Below, one piece after another: positions 7,439 through 16,045 of a DNA stretch of 16,319 nt. Source of the stretch: Thermostichus sp. DRC_bins_24 (GTDB lineage: Bacteria; Cyanobacteriota; Cyanobacteriia; Thermostichales; Thermostichaceae); NCBI GenBank assembly GCA_039794845.1, contig JAUQVK010000025.1, positions 125,330 to 141,648 of the forward strand, written 5' to 3'. The stretch's first letter is position 1. The number at the start of each line of letters is the position of its first letter. A program made the position numbers and the translations under genes. Below the pieces are notes generated by a model. The model saw only the letters and a list, made by a program, of their open reading frames with translations. It was not told the origin of the DNA and did no database searches.

Positions 7439-8509
7439 GTGCAGAGTCGGCTTCTGGGTTGGGCTGGATTGGGCAAGAGTGGGCCGGGCTCCGGCTCATG
7501 GGGATCCCGAATGGCTATGCCGCTGCTGGGGGCGGGGGTGGCGCTGTTGTTGGGGGCGCTGTTGATCGCCCTGGCGGGGCATAACCCGTTTTTGGCCTAT
7601 GGGGTGATGGTGCAGGGGGCGCTGGGTAGCCAACGATCCCTTACGGAAACGGCCCTGCGGGCCACTCCGCTGCTCATCATAGGGTTGGGTCTGACGATTG
7701 CCTTTCGCTGCAAGGTGTGGAATATCGGGGCGGAGGGGCAGTATCACCTTGGGGCCTTGGCGGGGGCGGTGGTGGCCCTGAATATGGGGGATCAACCCGC
7801 CGGGTTGGTGTTGCCACTGATGTTGCTGGCGGGGATGGCTGGGGGGTTGTTGTGGAGCGGTTTGGCGGGTTGGCTGCACCTGAAACGGGGCATGAATTTA
7901 ATCATCGTCACCCTGATGCTGAACTACATCGGCATTTTGCTGGTGCGCTACATGGCCCGTAGCCCCTTGCGGGATCCGAAGGGGTTTTTGCCGGAATCGG
8001 CCCAGTTTGCGGCGGTGGCGCGCCTGCCGCGGCTGCTCAATACGCGGCTGCACCTGGGGGTGGTGTTGGCGGTGCTCTTGGTAGGGATCCTCTATGTACT
8101 GCTGTGGCGCACTCCTTTGGGGTTTCAGTTGCGGGCGGTGGGAGCCCGCGCCAGCGTGGCCCGGACGATGGGGATCCCGGTGGGAAGAACGATTGTGATC
8201 GCCCTGTTGATCAGCGGTGGACTGGCAGGCTTGGCGGGCATCATTGAAGTCAGTACCACCATTACCCGTTTAAGGGGCACCATCTCCGACAATTACGGTT
8301 TTAGTGCCATTTTGGTAGCCTTGTTGGGGCAGCTACAGCCACTGGGGGTGTTGGTGGCAGCCTTCTTGTTCTCAGCTTTGAGTATTGGGGCAGAGGCGTT
8401 GCAGGTGCGGATGCAGATCCCGGCGGCGGTGGCTCAGGTGATTCAGGCATTGGTGGTGCTGCTGGTGTTGGCGGGAGATGCCTTGGCAAGAAATCGGGGC
8501 AACGAGTGA
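7439..8509 (+). CDS. Nucleoside ABC transporter permease (NupB/YufP-like)
   Basis: Multi-pass hydrophobic protein with WNIGAEGQ, TLMLNYI, TPLGFQLRAVG, SGGLAGLAG and YGFSAILVALLG. The start could instead be ATG 7511. Confidence 0.93.
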   Translation: MQSRLLGWAGLGKSGPGSGSWGSRMAMPLLGAGVALLLGALLIALAGHNPFLAYGVMVQGALGSQRSLTETALRATPLLIIGLGLTIAFRCKVWNIGAEGQYHLGALAGAVVALNMGDQPAGLVLPLMLLAGMAGGLLWSGLAGWLHLKRGMNLIIVTLMLNYIGILLVRYMARSPLRDPKGFLPESAQFAAVARLPRLLNTRLHLGVVLAVLLVGILYVLLWRTPLGFQLRAVGARASVARTMGIPVGRTIVIALLISGGLAGLAGIIEVSTTITRLRGTISDNYGFSAILVALLGQLQPLGVLVAAFLFSALSIGAEALQVRMQIPAAVAQVIQALVVLLVLAGDALARNRGNE

Positions 8510-8574
8510 GGCTCAGTCAAGGGATAACCTCAGACGCAGCCCTAGCCTCTGCCTGCTTGTGGGAGTAAAGGGGA

Positions 8575-8602
8575 ACAAAAAGCCGAGGACGAGTCCCTCG
8601 GC
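8575..8602 (-). terminator. Rho-independent terminator of the ndh operon
   Basis: The minus strand reads GCCGAGG-gactcgt-CCTCGGC followed by TTTTTGT, ~25 nt after the ndhI stop. Confidence 0.75.
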
Positions 8603-8627
8603 CAGGCTTGCACAGCGCCCCAGAGGT

Positions 8628-9254
8628 TTACTCAGCAGCAGCAGGCTCGGCCGCTTTTGCTTTTGCCGCTTTGGCGGCCCGCATTTCCGCCAAAATCTCC
8701 TCCGGTCGTTTTCCGGCCCGCTGGGATCCCGCAGGCAACTCGTGGGGATCAATCACCCCTTTGGGCAAATAGGCAAACTCGCGCAGGGGGGTCACCATCG
8801 GGTCTTCCGTCACCTTGGAGGGCAACCGCCCCATCGCCACTTGGTGGTAGTTAAGGTCGTGACGGTCGTAGGCCGCCAGCTCGTAATCTTCCGTCACCGA
8901 TAGGCAGTTGGTGGGGCAAAACTCCACACAGTTGGCGCAGAAAATGCACACCCCGAAATCGATGCTGTAGCTGTAGAGCTCCTTCTTTTTCAACTCCGGG
9001 TTATAGGCCCAGTCGACGACAGGCAGATCGATCGGGCACACCCGCACACAAATCTCACAGGCGATGCACTTGTCAAACTCGAAGTGAATGCGCCCCCGGA
9101 AGCGCTCAGAGGGGATCAACTTTTCAAAAGGATACTGTACGGCCACCGGGCGCCGACCCATGTGGTCGAAAACCACCCCCATCCCCTGACCGATGTACTT
9201 GGCGGCACTCACCGCATCGCCCACGTATTCACTAACCCGCTTCAAAAAAGTCAT
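8628..9254 (-). CDS. ndhI: NAD(P)H-quinone oxidoreductase (NDH-1) subunit I
   Basis: Two 4Fe-4S motifs ([12 protein letters not shown] and [12 protein letters not shown]) plus [14 protein letters not shown]. The start is placed at MTFLKRV (9254). Confidence 0.97.
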   Translation of the reverse strand: MTFLKRVSEYVGDAVSAAKYIGQGMGVVFDHMGRRPVAVQYPFEKLIPSERFRGRIHFEFDKCIACEICVRVCPIDLPVVDWAYNPELKKKELYSYSIDFGVCIFCANCVEFCPTNCLSVTEDYELAAYDRHDLNYHQVAMGRLPSKVTEDPMVTPLREFAYLPKGVIDPHELPAGSQRAGKRPEEILAEMRAAKAAKAKAAEPAAAE

Positions 9255-9315
9255 AGTGCTTACCCTACTCTCTCTTGCCTTGTTCTGGTTCCTTCGGATC
9301 CCTCTCACCCTTCAT

Positions 9316-10437
9316 TCAACCACCGAAAAAGGCCGGAAACGCCAGCTTCAATCCTGCCGTTAACAGCAGATTCACGAACGAAACGGGCAGCAAAAACTTC
9401 CAACCCAAATCCAGCAGCTGGTCAATGCGCACTCGTGGCAGGGTCCAGCGCACCAAGATGGCCAAGAACACGAAGACAAATGCCTTCACCATCGTCATGA
9501 CAATGCCCAGCGCTGCCGCCCCAATTTGCAGGAAGGGGTTGTCCAAGGGGATGTCCAAAGCACCGGCAATGGTCTCCACCGGCACCACAAATGACCAGCC
9601 CCCCAAGTACAACACGGCCGCAATTAAAGATGCCAGCAGCAAATTGGCGTAGGATCCCAGATAAAACAGAGCGAATTTCATGCCGGAATATTCGGTCTGA
9701 TAGCCTGCCACCAATTCCTCTTCGGCCTCCGGCAAATCAAAGGGGATCCGCTCGGTTTCCGCCAGGGCGGAGATCAGGAAAATCACAAAGCCGATGGGCT
9801 GCCGCCACACATTCCAGCTGAGAATACCCAGCCCACTCTGCTGCTCAACAATCCCTACCGTATCGAGGCCATTGCTCATCAGCACCACCGCCAGCACCGA
9901 CAGGGCCAAGGGCAGCTCGTAGCTGATGGATTGCGCTGCCGCCCGCAGTCCCCCCAGCAAGGAGTACTTGTTGTTGGAGCCATAACCCGACATCAACAGG
10001 CCAATCGGCTGCACGCTGGAGGTGGCAATCAGGAAAAACACGCCGATGGCAATGTTGGAGATCAACAGATTCTGGCCGAAAGGAACGACCAGATAACACA
10101 AAAAGACTGGCAGGAACACCAACACCGGCCCTAGGGTGAACAAAATGGGATCCGCCAAAATCGGCAAAACATCCTCTTTGGTGAGCAGCTTCAGGCCGTC
10201 GGCAATCGGGATCAATACCCCTTGAGGACCCGCCATGTTCGGGCCAATGCGTTGCTGGGCTGCCGCCGAGATTTTTCGCTCCAGCCAGGTCATCACCATC
10301 ACCCCCAACGTGGCGGCGATGATCAGCAGCAACATCGGCAAGGGCATCCAGAGGGCATGGGCCGCACCGGCTCCCAAGCCCAAGTTTCGGAGGGCGGTCT
10401 CAAAGCCAAGCTGTAGGTCGATGCCGGTGGTGATCAT
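9316..10437 (-). CDS. ndhA: NDH-1 subunit 1 (NuoH homologue)
   Basis: Motifs [30 protein letters not shown] and [23 protein letters not shown]. Confidence 0.98.
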   Translation of the reverse strand: MITTGIDLQLGFETALRNLGLGAGAAHALWMPLPMLLLIIAATLGVMVMTWLERKISAAAQQRIGPNMAGPQGVLIPIADGLKLLTKEDVLPILADPILFTLGPVLVFLPVFLCYLVVPFGQNLLISNIAIGVFFLIATSSVQPIGLLMSGYGSNNKYSLLGGLRAAAQSISYELPLALSVLAVVLMSNGLDTVGIVEQQSGLGILSWNVWRQPIGFVIFLISALAETERIPFDLPEAEEELVAGYQTEYSGMKFALFYLGSYANLLLASLIAAVLYLGGWSFVVPVETIAGALDIPLDNPFLQIGAAALGIVMTMVKAFVFVFLAILVRWTLPRVRIDQLLDLGWKFLLPVSFVNLLLTAGLKLAFPAFFGG

Positions 10438-10493
10438 GGGGTTGAGTAGCTCCCTAGAAAATGACGGTTACGGAGGTTCGGGCTCCCTGCAGG

Positions 10494-10697
10494 CTAGGTC
10501 TTTCCATTGGGATCCGACTTAGGGGGACGATTTTGGCGGCGTAGCTCTTGCTGAATGATGGCCTTAAGGCGGGCATCGGAAAGCTGCTCGGCACGACGAC
10601 GCTTCTCCTCTCGGTACTTAGCCCATTGCTTTGGGCCGAGAATTGCTGCTGCTGAAGCCACAATTAACAGCGGTAAAACCAAGATCGCCCAGGCCAT
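10494..10697 (-). CDS. Small hypothetical single-pass membrane protein (67 aa) inside the ndh operon
   Basis: Co-directional ORF filling the ndhH-ndhA gap, with AAGGA upstream. It has an N-terminal TM helix followed by a charged helical tail. Confidence 0.7.
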   Translation of the reverse strand: MAWAILVLPLLIVASAAAILGPKQWAKYREEKRRRAEQLSDARLKAIIQQELRRQNRPPKSDPNGKT

Positions 10698-10727
10698 TGC
10701 ATTTATCCTTGCTGTCCTAGACCGATC

Positions 10728-11918
10728 TTAGCGATCCACCTCGCCCATAATGATGTCGATGCTGCCCAGAATCGCGATCATATCCGCCACCTTCATGCCG
10801 CGAATCAGCTGCGGCAACACCTGCAAATTGACAAAGCCGGGGGGGCGAATTTTCCAGCGCCAAGGACAAACATTGTCATCCCCCACTACATAAATGCCCA
10901 GTTCCCCTTTGGCACTCTCTACCCGCACATAGGCCTCTCCTTTGGGGATCTTGAAGTTGGCAGAGGGCTTTTTGCTGATGAATTGGTAGTCGCCCTTGTT
11001 CCACTCGGATTTAGGTCCCTCCATCATCCGTTTCGCCTCTAGGTTCTCAAACGGGCCACCCGGCAAAGACTGCACCGCCTGCTTCACGATCTTGCAAGAC
11101 TCGCGCATCTCTTTCATGCGTACCCGGTAGCGGGAAAGGCAATCCCCTTCCGGCGAAACCGCCACCTCCCAGTCGAAGTCGTCGTAGCACTCGTAGTGAT
11201 CCACCTTGCGCAGATCCCAGTTCACGCCGGATCCCCGCAGCATCGGGCCCGACAGCCCCCAGTTGATTGCATCTTGCTTCGAAATCACCCCCACCCCTTC
11301 CAAGCGCTTGCGGAAGATCGGGTTGTTGGTGACCAGCCGCTCATACTCATCCACCTTGGGCAGGAAATACTCGCAAAAATCCAGGCATTTTTCCGTCCAG
11401 CCGTAGGGCAGATCCACCGCCACGCCACCGACTCGGAAATAGTTGTTGTTGATCAGGCGCATGCCGGTGACGGCTTCAAACAGGTCGAGAATCCACTCCC
11501 GTTCCCGCATGGCGTAGAGAAAGGGCGTTTGTGCGCCCAAGTCGGCCAAAAAGGGACCAAACCAGAGCAGGTGGTTGGTGATGCGAGTCAGTTCCAACAG
11601 GATGACCCGCAGGTAGCTGGCCCGCTTCGGCACACTGATTCCGGCCAGTTTCTCGGTGGCATTGACGGTGATCGCTTCGTTGAACATGCCCGCGCCGTAA
11701 TCCCAGCGGGACACATAGGGCAGATATTGCACCACCGTTCGGTTCTCGGCGATTTTCTCCATGCCGCGGTGCAGGTAGCCGATGACGGGTTCACAATCGA
11801 CAATGTTTTCGCCATCCAGGGTGACCAGCAAGCGCAAGACCCCGTGCATGGAGGGATGATGAGGCCCAAAGTTGAGCAACATCCGGTCGGCACGAGTCTC
11901 GATCATGGGCATGGGCAT
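10728..11918 (-). CDS. ndhH: NDH-1 subunit H (49-kDa/NuoD homologue)
   Basis: Motifs [25 protein letters not shown] and C-terminal [19 protein letters not shown] lies 8 nt before ATG 11918. Confidence 0.98.
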   Translation of the reverse strand: MPMPMIETRADRMLLNFGPHHPSMHGVLRLLVTLDGENIVDCEPVIGYLHRGMEKIAENRTVVQYLPYVSRWDYGAGMFNEAITVNATEKLAGISVPKRASYLRVILLELTRITNHLLWFGPFLADLGAQTPFLYAMREREWILDLFEAVTGMRLINNNYFRVGGVAVDLPYGWTEKCLDFCEYFLPKVDEYERLVTNNPIFRKRLEGVGVISKQDAINWGLSGPMLRGSGVNWDLRKVDHYECYDDFDWEVAVSPEGDCLSRYRVRMKEMRESCKIVKQAVQSLPGGPFENLEAKRMMEGPKSEWNKGDYQFISKKPSANFKIPKGEAYVRVESAKGELGIYVVGDDNVCPWRWKIRPPGFVNLQVLPQLIRGMKVADMIAILGSIDIIMGEVDR

Positions 11919-11965
11919 AGCCACCGCCTCCGCAACTGAGAAAGTTCATGGTCTGCAACATTTGC

Positions 11966-11971
11966 AGTATA
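11966..11971 (-). promoter_or_regulatory. Probable -10 element (TATACT) for ndhH
   Basis: Near-consensus hexamer ~47 nt upstream of the ndhH start, in the divergent intergenic region. Confidence 0.4.
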
Positions 11972-12003
11972 GCGGCTTTGGCTTCACTCCACTGATACTT
12001 GCA

Positions 12004-12039
12004 GGCATCAGGGATCCCAATCTTTGGCATCAGGGATCC
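12004..12039. repeat. 14-bp direct repeat GGCATCAGGGATCC x2 (22-bp period)
   Basis: Exact copies at 12004-12017 and 12026-12039. Confidence 0.85.
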
Positions 12040-12086
12040 ACTGGGTGAGTTGGGCTAATGTGGTTGGGCAAATGGACGTTAGACCT

Positions 12087-12416
12087 ATGGCCGCATCCGG
12101 TTCTGCTTCGGGAAATAGCAGCACATCCCCACGAGACCAGCAACACCCGCAATACGCCACCGACCGCGATCTACTCAATCAAGTGATGGCCCGAGTGCAA
12201 GAGCAGCCCCGTTCCGATTGGGTGCTGGCAGAGGTGGCCCGTCTGCGCATCCGTTACCAAGGCTTTCCGGGGGCACGGGATCTGCAACGGGATCTGGATG
12301 AGATTTTGCAGCAATGGGGCCTGAGCGAAGAGGAACTCTTTGCCCAAACTCGCAAAATTCATGAGCGGGGCCAGGTGTACGACCGCAGCTTTAGCAAGCG
12401 GGATGACTGGGCTTGA
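12087..12416 (+). CDS. DUF3288-family cyanobacterial protein
   Basis: Motifs DQQHPQYATDR, LAEVARLRIRYQGFPGARD, WGLSEEELFAQTRKIH and terminal DDW. The start is placed at ATG 12087. Confidence 0.88.
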   Translation: MAASGSASGNSSTSPRDQQHPQYATDRDLLNQVMARVQEQPRSDWVLAEVARLRIRYQGFPGARDLQRDLDEILQQWGLSEEELFAQTRKIHERGQVYDRSFSKRDDWA

Positions 12417-12433
12417 GATGGGGATCCCTGCCC

Positions 12434-12991
12434 TCAAGAACTCTGCAACTGCTGGGCGAAAACCGGATCTAAGGGGATATCCAGGGCGGCGATCACCTTC
12501 GTCCAAAAGTTCATGAACCCGATCAGCGCCGACAACTCCACCAGATCCGCCTCTGACCAAATGGCCTTGAGCTGGGCAAAGAAGCTGTCTGTGACGACCA
12601 TGCTGGGCACGGTCATGCGCTCGGCGTATTCAATCGCCAGTTTTTCCGCCTCGCTGTAGAGGGTGCTGGTGCGGGACTGGGCAACCGCCGCAATTTTGGC
12701 AGGGGTGGCACCGTATTTTTGCGCCTGCAGCGTGTGGTAGGGCAGGCAGTAGTGGCGACAGCCGTTGATTTGGGAGATGCGAATGCTGACCAGCTCTTTG
12801 AGTTCTTCGGGTAGGTTCGGGTTTTCGGTATGGAGCGCTCCATACAGGGTCATGACCGCACGCATCAGTTGGGGCTTGTGGGCCATCACCTGCAGGGGGT
12901 TCAAGGCCGTGCCATAGGCTTTTTCCAGGCTTTCGTAAACCTTCTGGAGTTGCTTGTCAGCGTCTGCTGGGGTGACAGGAGGGATCCGCAT
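12434..12991 (-). CDS. AhpD-like / carboxymuconolactone decarboxylase family protein
   Basis: Motifs LKELVSIRISQINGCRHYCLPYH, YSEAEKLAIEYAERMT and LVELSALIGFMNFW. Confidence 0.85.
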   Translation of the reverse strand: MRIPPVTPADADKQLQKVYESLEKAYGTALNPLQVMAHKPQLMRAVMTLYGALHTENPNLPEELKELVSIRISQINGCRHYCLPYHTLQAQKYGATPAKIAAVAQSRTSTLYSEAEKLAIEYAERMTVPSMVVTDSFFAQLKAIWSEADLVELSALIGFMNFWTKVIAALDIPLDPVFAQQLQSS

Positions 12992-13184
12992 GAGAGTTCA
13001 ATACAGTGGATTCAGGCATCCTTGACTTTAGCGCGTTTGGGGGATCCACCCAAGCCTTTACCCCACGGCCCCGCTGGGTCAAAATCATTGCCCTACCCGT
13101 TTCCCGCACCTGCTTAACGAAAGCTGCCACACTGGTCCGAAACTCAGATAAGGGGCGAATATCTCGCTCAACTCGAATTTTCAT
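12957..13184 (-). pseudogene. Truncated Phd/YefM-family antitoxin
   Basis: MKIRVERDIRPLSEFRTSVAAFVKQVRETGRAMILTQRGRGV matches the Phd DNA-binding N-terminus. Similarity stops near 13060, and the remaining frame runs into the AhpD start. No toxin gene is adjacent. Confidence 0.7.
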
Positions 13185-13322
13185 GATGTCCTGGTGAACG
13201 TACGGTCTTATGCACACCTTAGGTGACAAACTCAGCTTTTCCCCAAAACCCCATATCGGATCCCAGCAATCACCAGCTTTTTCGATCTGACTATCCTGAG
13301 AGTGGAGCACCTTTCAGCATCC

Positions 13323-13985
13323 ATGCCCCTCAAGCCATCTGCCCATCCCAGCCTGGACATTCAGCCATTACAGAATGGTGATCATCTGACACGAGAGGAA
13401 TTTGAGCGCCGCTATCAGGCCATGCCCGATGTGAAAAAAGCAGAGTTGGTGGAAGGGGTCGTCTACATGCCCTCGCCCGTACGGCTAAATCGACATGCCT
13501 ATCCCCACGGGTTGGTGGTGGCTTGGTTGGGCGCTTATGCCGCCGGCAGGGTGGGGGTTCAGTTCGGCGTTGAGCCGACGGTTCGCTTGGATCTGGAAAA
13601 TGAACCGCAACCGGATGCTATTTTGCGCATTGAAGGGGGATCCTCCCGCATCAGTGAGGATGATTACATCGAAGGGCCACCGGAGTTGATCGTGGAGATC
13701 GCAGCCAGCAGTGTCTCGATGGATCTCCACAGCAAGCTGAAAGTGTATCGGCGCAACGGGGTGCAAGAGTATCTGGTCTGGCGAGTGGAAGAAACCCTAT
13801 TGACTTGGTTCAGCCTACAGTTAGGGGAATACTTGCCCCTAGAGCCGGATTCTGACGGCATTCTCAAATCAAGGATCTTTCCAGGTTTGTGGTTGAACTC
13901 CTCGGCCTTGCTGCAAGGGCACTTAGGAGAAGTGCTGGCTACAGTCCAGTGGGGGCTGAGCCAAGAGGGATCCGAAGCTCGATAA
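13323..13985 (+). CDS. Uma2 (DUF820) family PD-(D/E)xK putative endonuclease
   Basis: Motifs LQNGDHLTREEFERRY, KAELVEGVVYMPSP, NEPQPDA, PELIVEIAASS, YRRNGVQEYLVW and SRIFPGLWL. The start is ATG 13323 or GTG 13302. Confidence 0.93.
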   Translation: MPLKPSAHPSLDIQPLQNGDHLTREEFERRYQAMPDVKKAELVEGVVYMPSPVRLNRHAYPHGLVVAWLGAYAAGRVGVQFGVEPTVRLDLENEPQPDAILRIEGGSSRISEDDYIEGPPELIVEIAASSVSMDLHSKLKVYRRNGVQEYLVWRVEETLLTWFSLQLGEYLPLEPDSDGILKSRIFPGLWLNSSALLQGHLGEVLATVQWGLSQEGSEAR

Positions 13986-13995
13986 AGGCTAGGGG

Positions 13996-14250
13996 TCAAG
14001 GATTGCCCAGAGATTGCTCGATTGCCTCCACCTGCTGCTGAGTGCCGGTAACACTTTGGTTTAGGTTTTGCTGCAGGTGTTCACGAGATTGGTAGATCTC
14101 CAGCGGCGTCCCCTGGGGGATCCCTTGCTGAGCCGCTTCCGGGCTGGTTTGCTCTGGCCTCGGCTCGGAACCCAGGGGATTGCGGTAGAGGCGATTCACC
14201 ACCAAAAAACCCACCAATACCACTGCGGTTGCCACCAAAAGTCTGACCAT
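13996..14250 (-). CDS. Small hypothetical membrane-anchored protein (84 aa)
   Basis: N-terminal TM helix and Gln-rich tail. It fills the gap between uma2 and ureG without overlap. Confidence 0.65.
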   Translation of the reverse strand: MVRLLVATAVVLVGFLVVNRLYRNPLGSEPRPEQTSPEAAQQGIPQGTPLEIYQSREHLQQNLNQSVTGTQQQVEAIEQSLGNP

Positions 14251-14310
14251 ACCGGGGATCCCTTGCGACCGTCTGGTTCTAGAATGCCCTGAAAGAGCTT
14301 CAGGTGTCAG

Positions 14311-14973
14311 ATGTCGGGTGGAATTGTACAGTCCTCCCTCCAGCAGCCGGTGCGGGTGGGTATCGGAGGGCCGGTGGGATCCGGGAAAACCGCCCTGGTG
14401 GAAAAGCTCTGTGTGGCCCTGCGGGATCCCTTATCTTTGGCGGTGGTGACCAACGATATTTACACCCGCGAAGATGCCGAGTTTTTGGTGCGGGCCAAGG
14501 CCCTCGAGGCAGAGCGGATCATCGGTGTCGAGACCGGCGGCTGCCCCCATACCGCCATTCGCGAAGATGCCTCTTTGAACCTCGATGCCATTCAGGAGCT
14601 GGAGCGGCGGTTTTTCGGGCTGGATCTGATCCTGGTGGAATCGGGGGGAGACAACCTGGCAGCCACCTTTAGCCCAGAGTTGGTGGATGCCTGCATTTAC
14701 GTCATCGATGTGGCAGAGGGGGACAAGATCCCCCGCAAGGGCGGGCCAGGAATTACCCGCTCGGATCTGCTGGTGATCAACAAAATTGATTTGGCCCCCT
14801 ACGTGGGGGCGGATTTGGGGGTGATGGAACGGGATGCACGCCGCATGCGGGGAGAAAAGCCCTTTGTCTTCACCAATTTGCGCACCGGGGAGGGGTTGGA
14901 TCAAATCTTGAATTGGCTGGAGCAAGAGGTGTTGTTTCGCTCCCTTGGATCCCCTTCTTTGAGCCTGCTGTGA
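14311..14973 (+). CDS. ureG: Urease accessory GTPase UreG
   Basis: Motifs [31 protein letters not shown] and NKID. Confidence 0.97.
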   Translation: MSGGIVQSSLQQPVRVGIGGPVGSGKTALVEKLCVALRDPLSLAVVTNDIYTREDAEFLVRAKALEAERIIGVETGGCPHTAIREDASLNLDAIQELERRFFGLDLILVESGGDNLAATFSPELVDACIYVIDVAEGDKIPRKGGPGITRSDLLVINKIDLAPYVGADLGVMERDARRMRGEKPFVFTNLRTGEGLDQILNWLEQEVLFRSLGSPSLSLL

Positions 14974-15767
14974 ACCGGGGCAGTGCTACCTTGAAAATCG
15001 CTCGGCAGGGCAAGTACATCCGAGTCTGGGAATATTCTCAGGCCCCGTTGCAGTGGCTGGGCGGATCAGTCGCGCCTACGGGACGGAGTCCTGCCTTGGG
15101 TTCGTGGAGCGCCCCCGGGGAAGCGCCAGTCTATTATCTGCGCAACCCCAATGGGGGACTGCTGGGAGGGGATCAACACCAGATTCACATCGAAGTCGGA
15201 ACTGCCTCAGCCCTGGAAATTCGCACCCAAGGGGCAACACGCCTGCACCCCGGCTTGATTCAGCAGCAGGTAAGCGTAGACTTGGCCCCGGAAAGTGAGC
15301 TGATCTGGATCCCCCACCCGATCATCCCCGGTGCTGGGGCCGATTTTCGCCAGCAAGTCCAGATTCACCTAGCCCCAAGTGCCCGTTTGGCCTATGCCGA
15401 AATTTGGACCGCCGGACGACTGGCCATGGGCGAGTGCTGGCAATTCGAGCGGCTGCACAGCCATCTGCAAGTTTGGGTTACCTCCCTTTCTCCCCAACCA
15501 GACAAAGTGCTTTGGCTAGAGGAACAGATGGATTTGCGCTTTCCCCACGAGCAGATCACCTCCGGAGCCGTGCTCGGATCCCATACCTGCTGGGGATCCC
15601 TATATTTGCTGGGGGATTGGCCGGAGCCGGATTGGCCCACCGATGCAGAGCACTGGCGGGTGGCATCGCCGGATCCGATTTGTCAAGGATGGATTCTGCG
15701 CCAAGTTGGTCAGCGAGCAGAAGCCCTCTGGCGGAATTTTCAGCGGATGGGATCCACTCCTCGCTGA
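14970..15767 (+). CDS. ureD: Urease accessory protein UreD (divergent)
   Basis: The GTG start overlaps the ureG TGA (GTGA). Motifs [25 protein letters not shown] and GRLAMGE.W.F are present. Confidence 0.85.
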   Translation: MNRGSATLKIARQGKYIRVWEYSQAPLQWLGGSVAPTGRSPALGSWSAPGEAPVYYLRNPNGGLLGGDQHQIHIEVGTASALEIRTQGATRLHPGLIQQQVSVDLAPESELIWIPHPIIPGAGADFRQQVQIHLAPSARLAYAEIWTAGRLAMGECWQFERLHSHLQVWVTSLSPQPDKVLWLEEQMDLRFPHEQITSGAVLGSHTCWGSLYLLGDWPEPDWPTDAEHWRVASPDPICQGWILRQVGQRAEALWRNFQRMGSTPR

Positions 15768-15897
15768 AGCAGCAGAGAAGCCAAAGGCCTGGGCGCTTCG
15801 CAGGGGGTGCTAGGGACTGTTCTCGACTCCGCCTCAAGGCTTCTTCCAATAGTTCCAAGCTTAGACCTGGCAAAACTTGAGAATCCTCCACTCTTGT
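15766..15897 (-). pseudogene. C-terminal fragment of a second Uma2-family gene
   Basis: TRVEDSQVLPGLSLELLEEALRRSREQS...GLWLL..F resembles the C-terminus of a cyanobacterial Uma2 subfamily (recalled from memory). No catalytic N-terminal part is present upstream. Confidence 0.5.
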
Positions 15898-16045
15898 CCC
15901 TGGGGGATGCGTTGAGCTCGATCGCCCAGGTAGGAGGAAACGTCCGGCTGGCATTCCCCAATCCCTGTTTTGCACAGAGTTGTGGTGTCTAGTCCAGTGG
16001 CCGGGCTCCCTCTTAGGGCCACAAACAGATTCACAGCAAAAATAA

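Larger units (their letters stand above)
2480..15600. repeat. Highly iterated palindrome GGGATCCC (HIP1 variant), at least 18 dispersed copies
   Basis: Copies start at 2480, 2695, 2949, 3274, 3666, 4773, 5243, 5363, 7016, 7501, 8171, 8723, 12011, 12421, 14117, 14255, 14423 and 15593. Fewer than one copy is expected by chance in 16 kb. Confidence 0.9.

Noticed and set aside
8478..8903. 141-aa plus-strand ORF after the permease as the missing second permease
   Set aside because: It is not hydrophobic, overlaps ndhI antisense and spans the terminator.
11196..11939. 247-aa ORF antisense to ndhH
   Set aside because: A typical antisense shadow of a codon-biased gene.
12957..13985. Phd remnant plus Uma2 as a toxin-antitoxin or defence pair
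   Set aside because: They are divergently oriented, the antitoxin is truncated, and Uma2 paralogues are abundant and scattered in cyanobacteria.
3679..15767. A single purine-to-urea catabolic cluster linking the ABC/Rieske operon with ureGD
   Set aside because: The two are separated by ~6 kb of unrelated genes (ndh etc.), and no xanthine dehydrogenase, uricase or allantoin genes are present. The proximity is probably coincidental.
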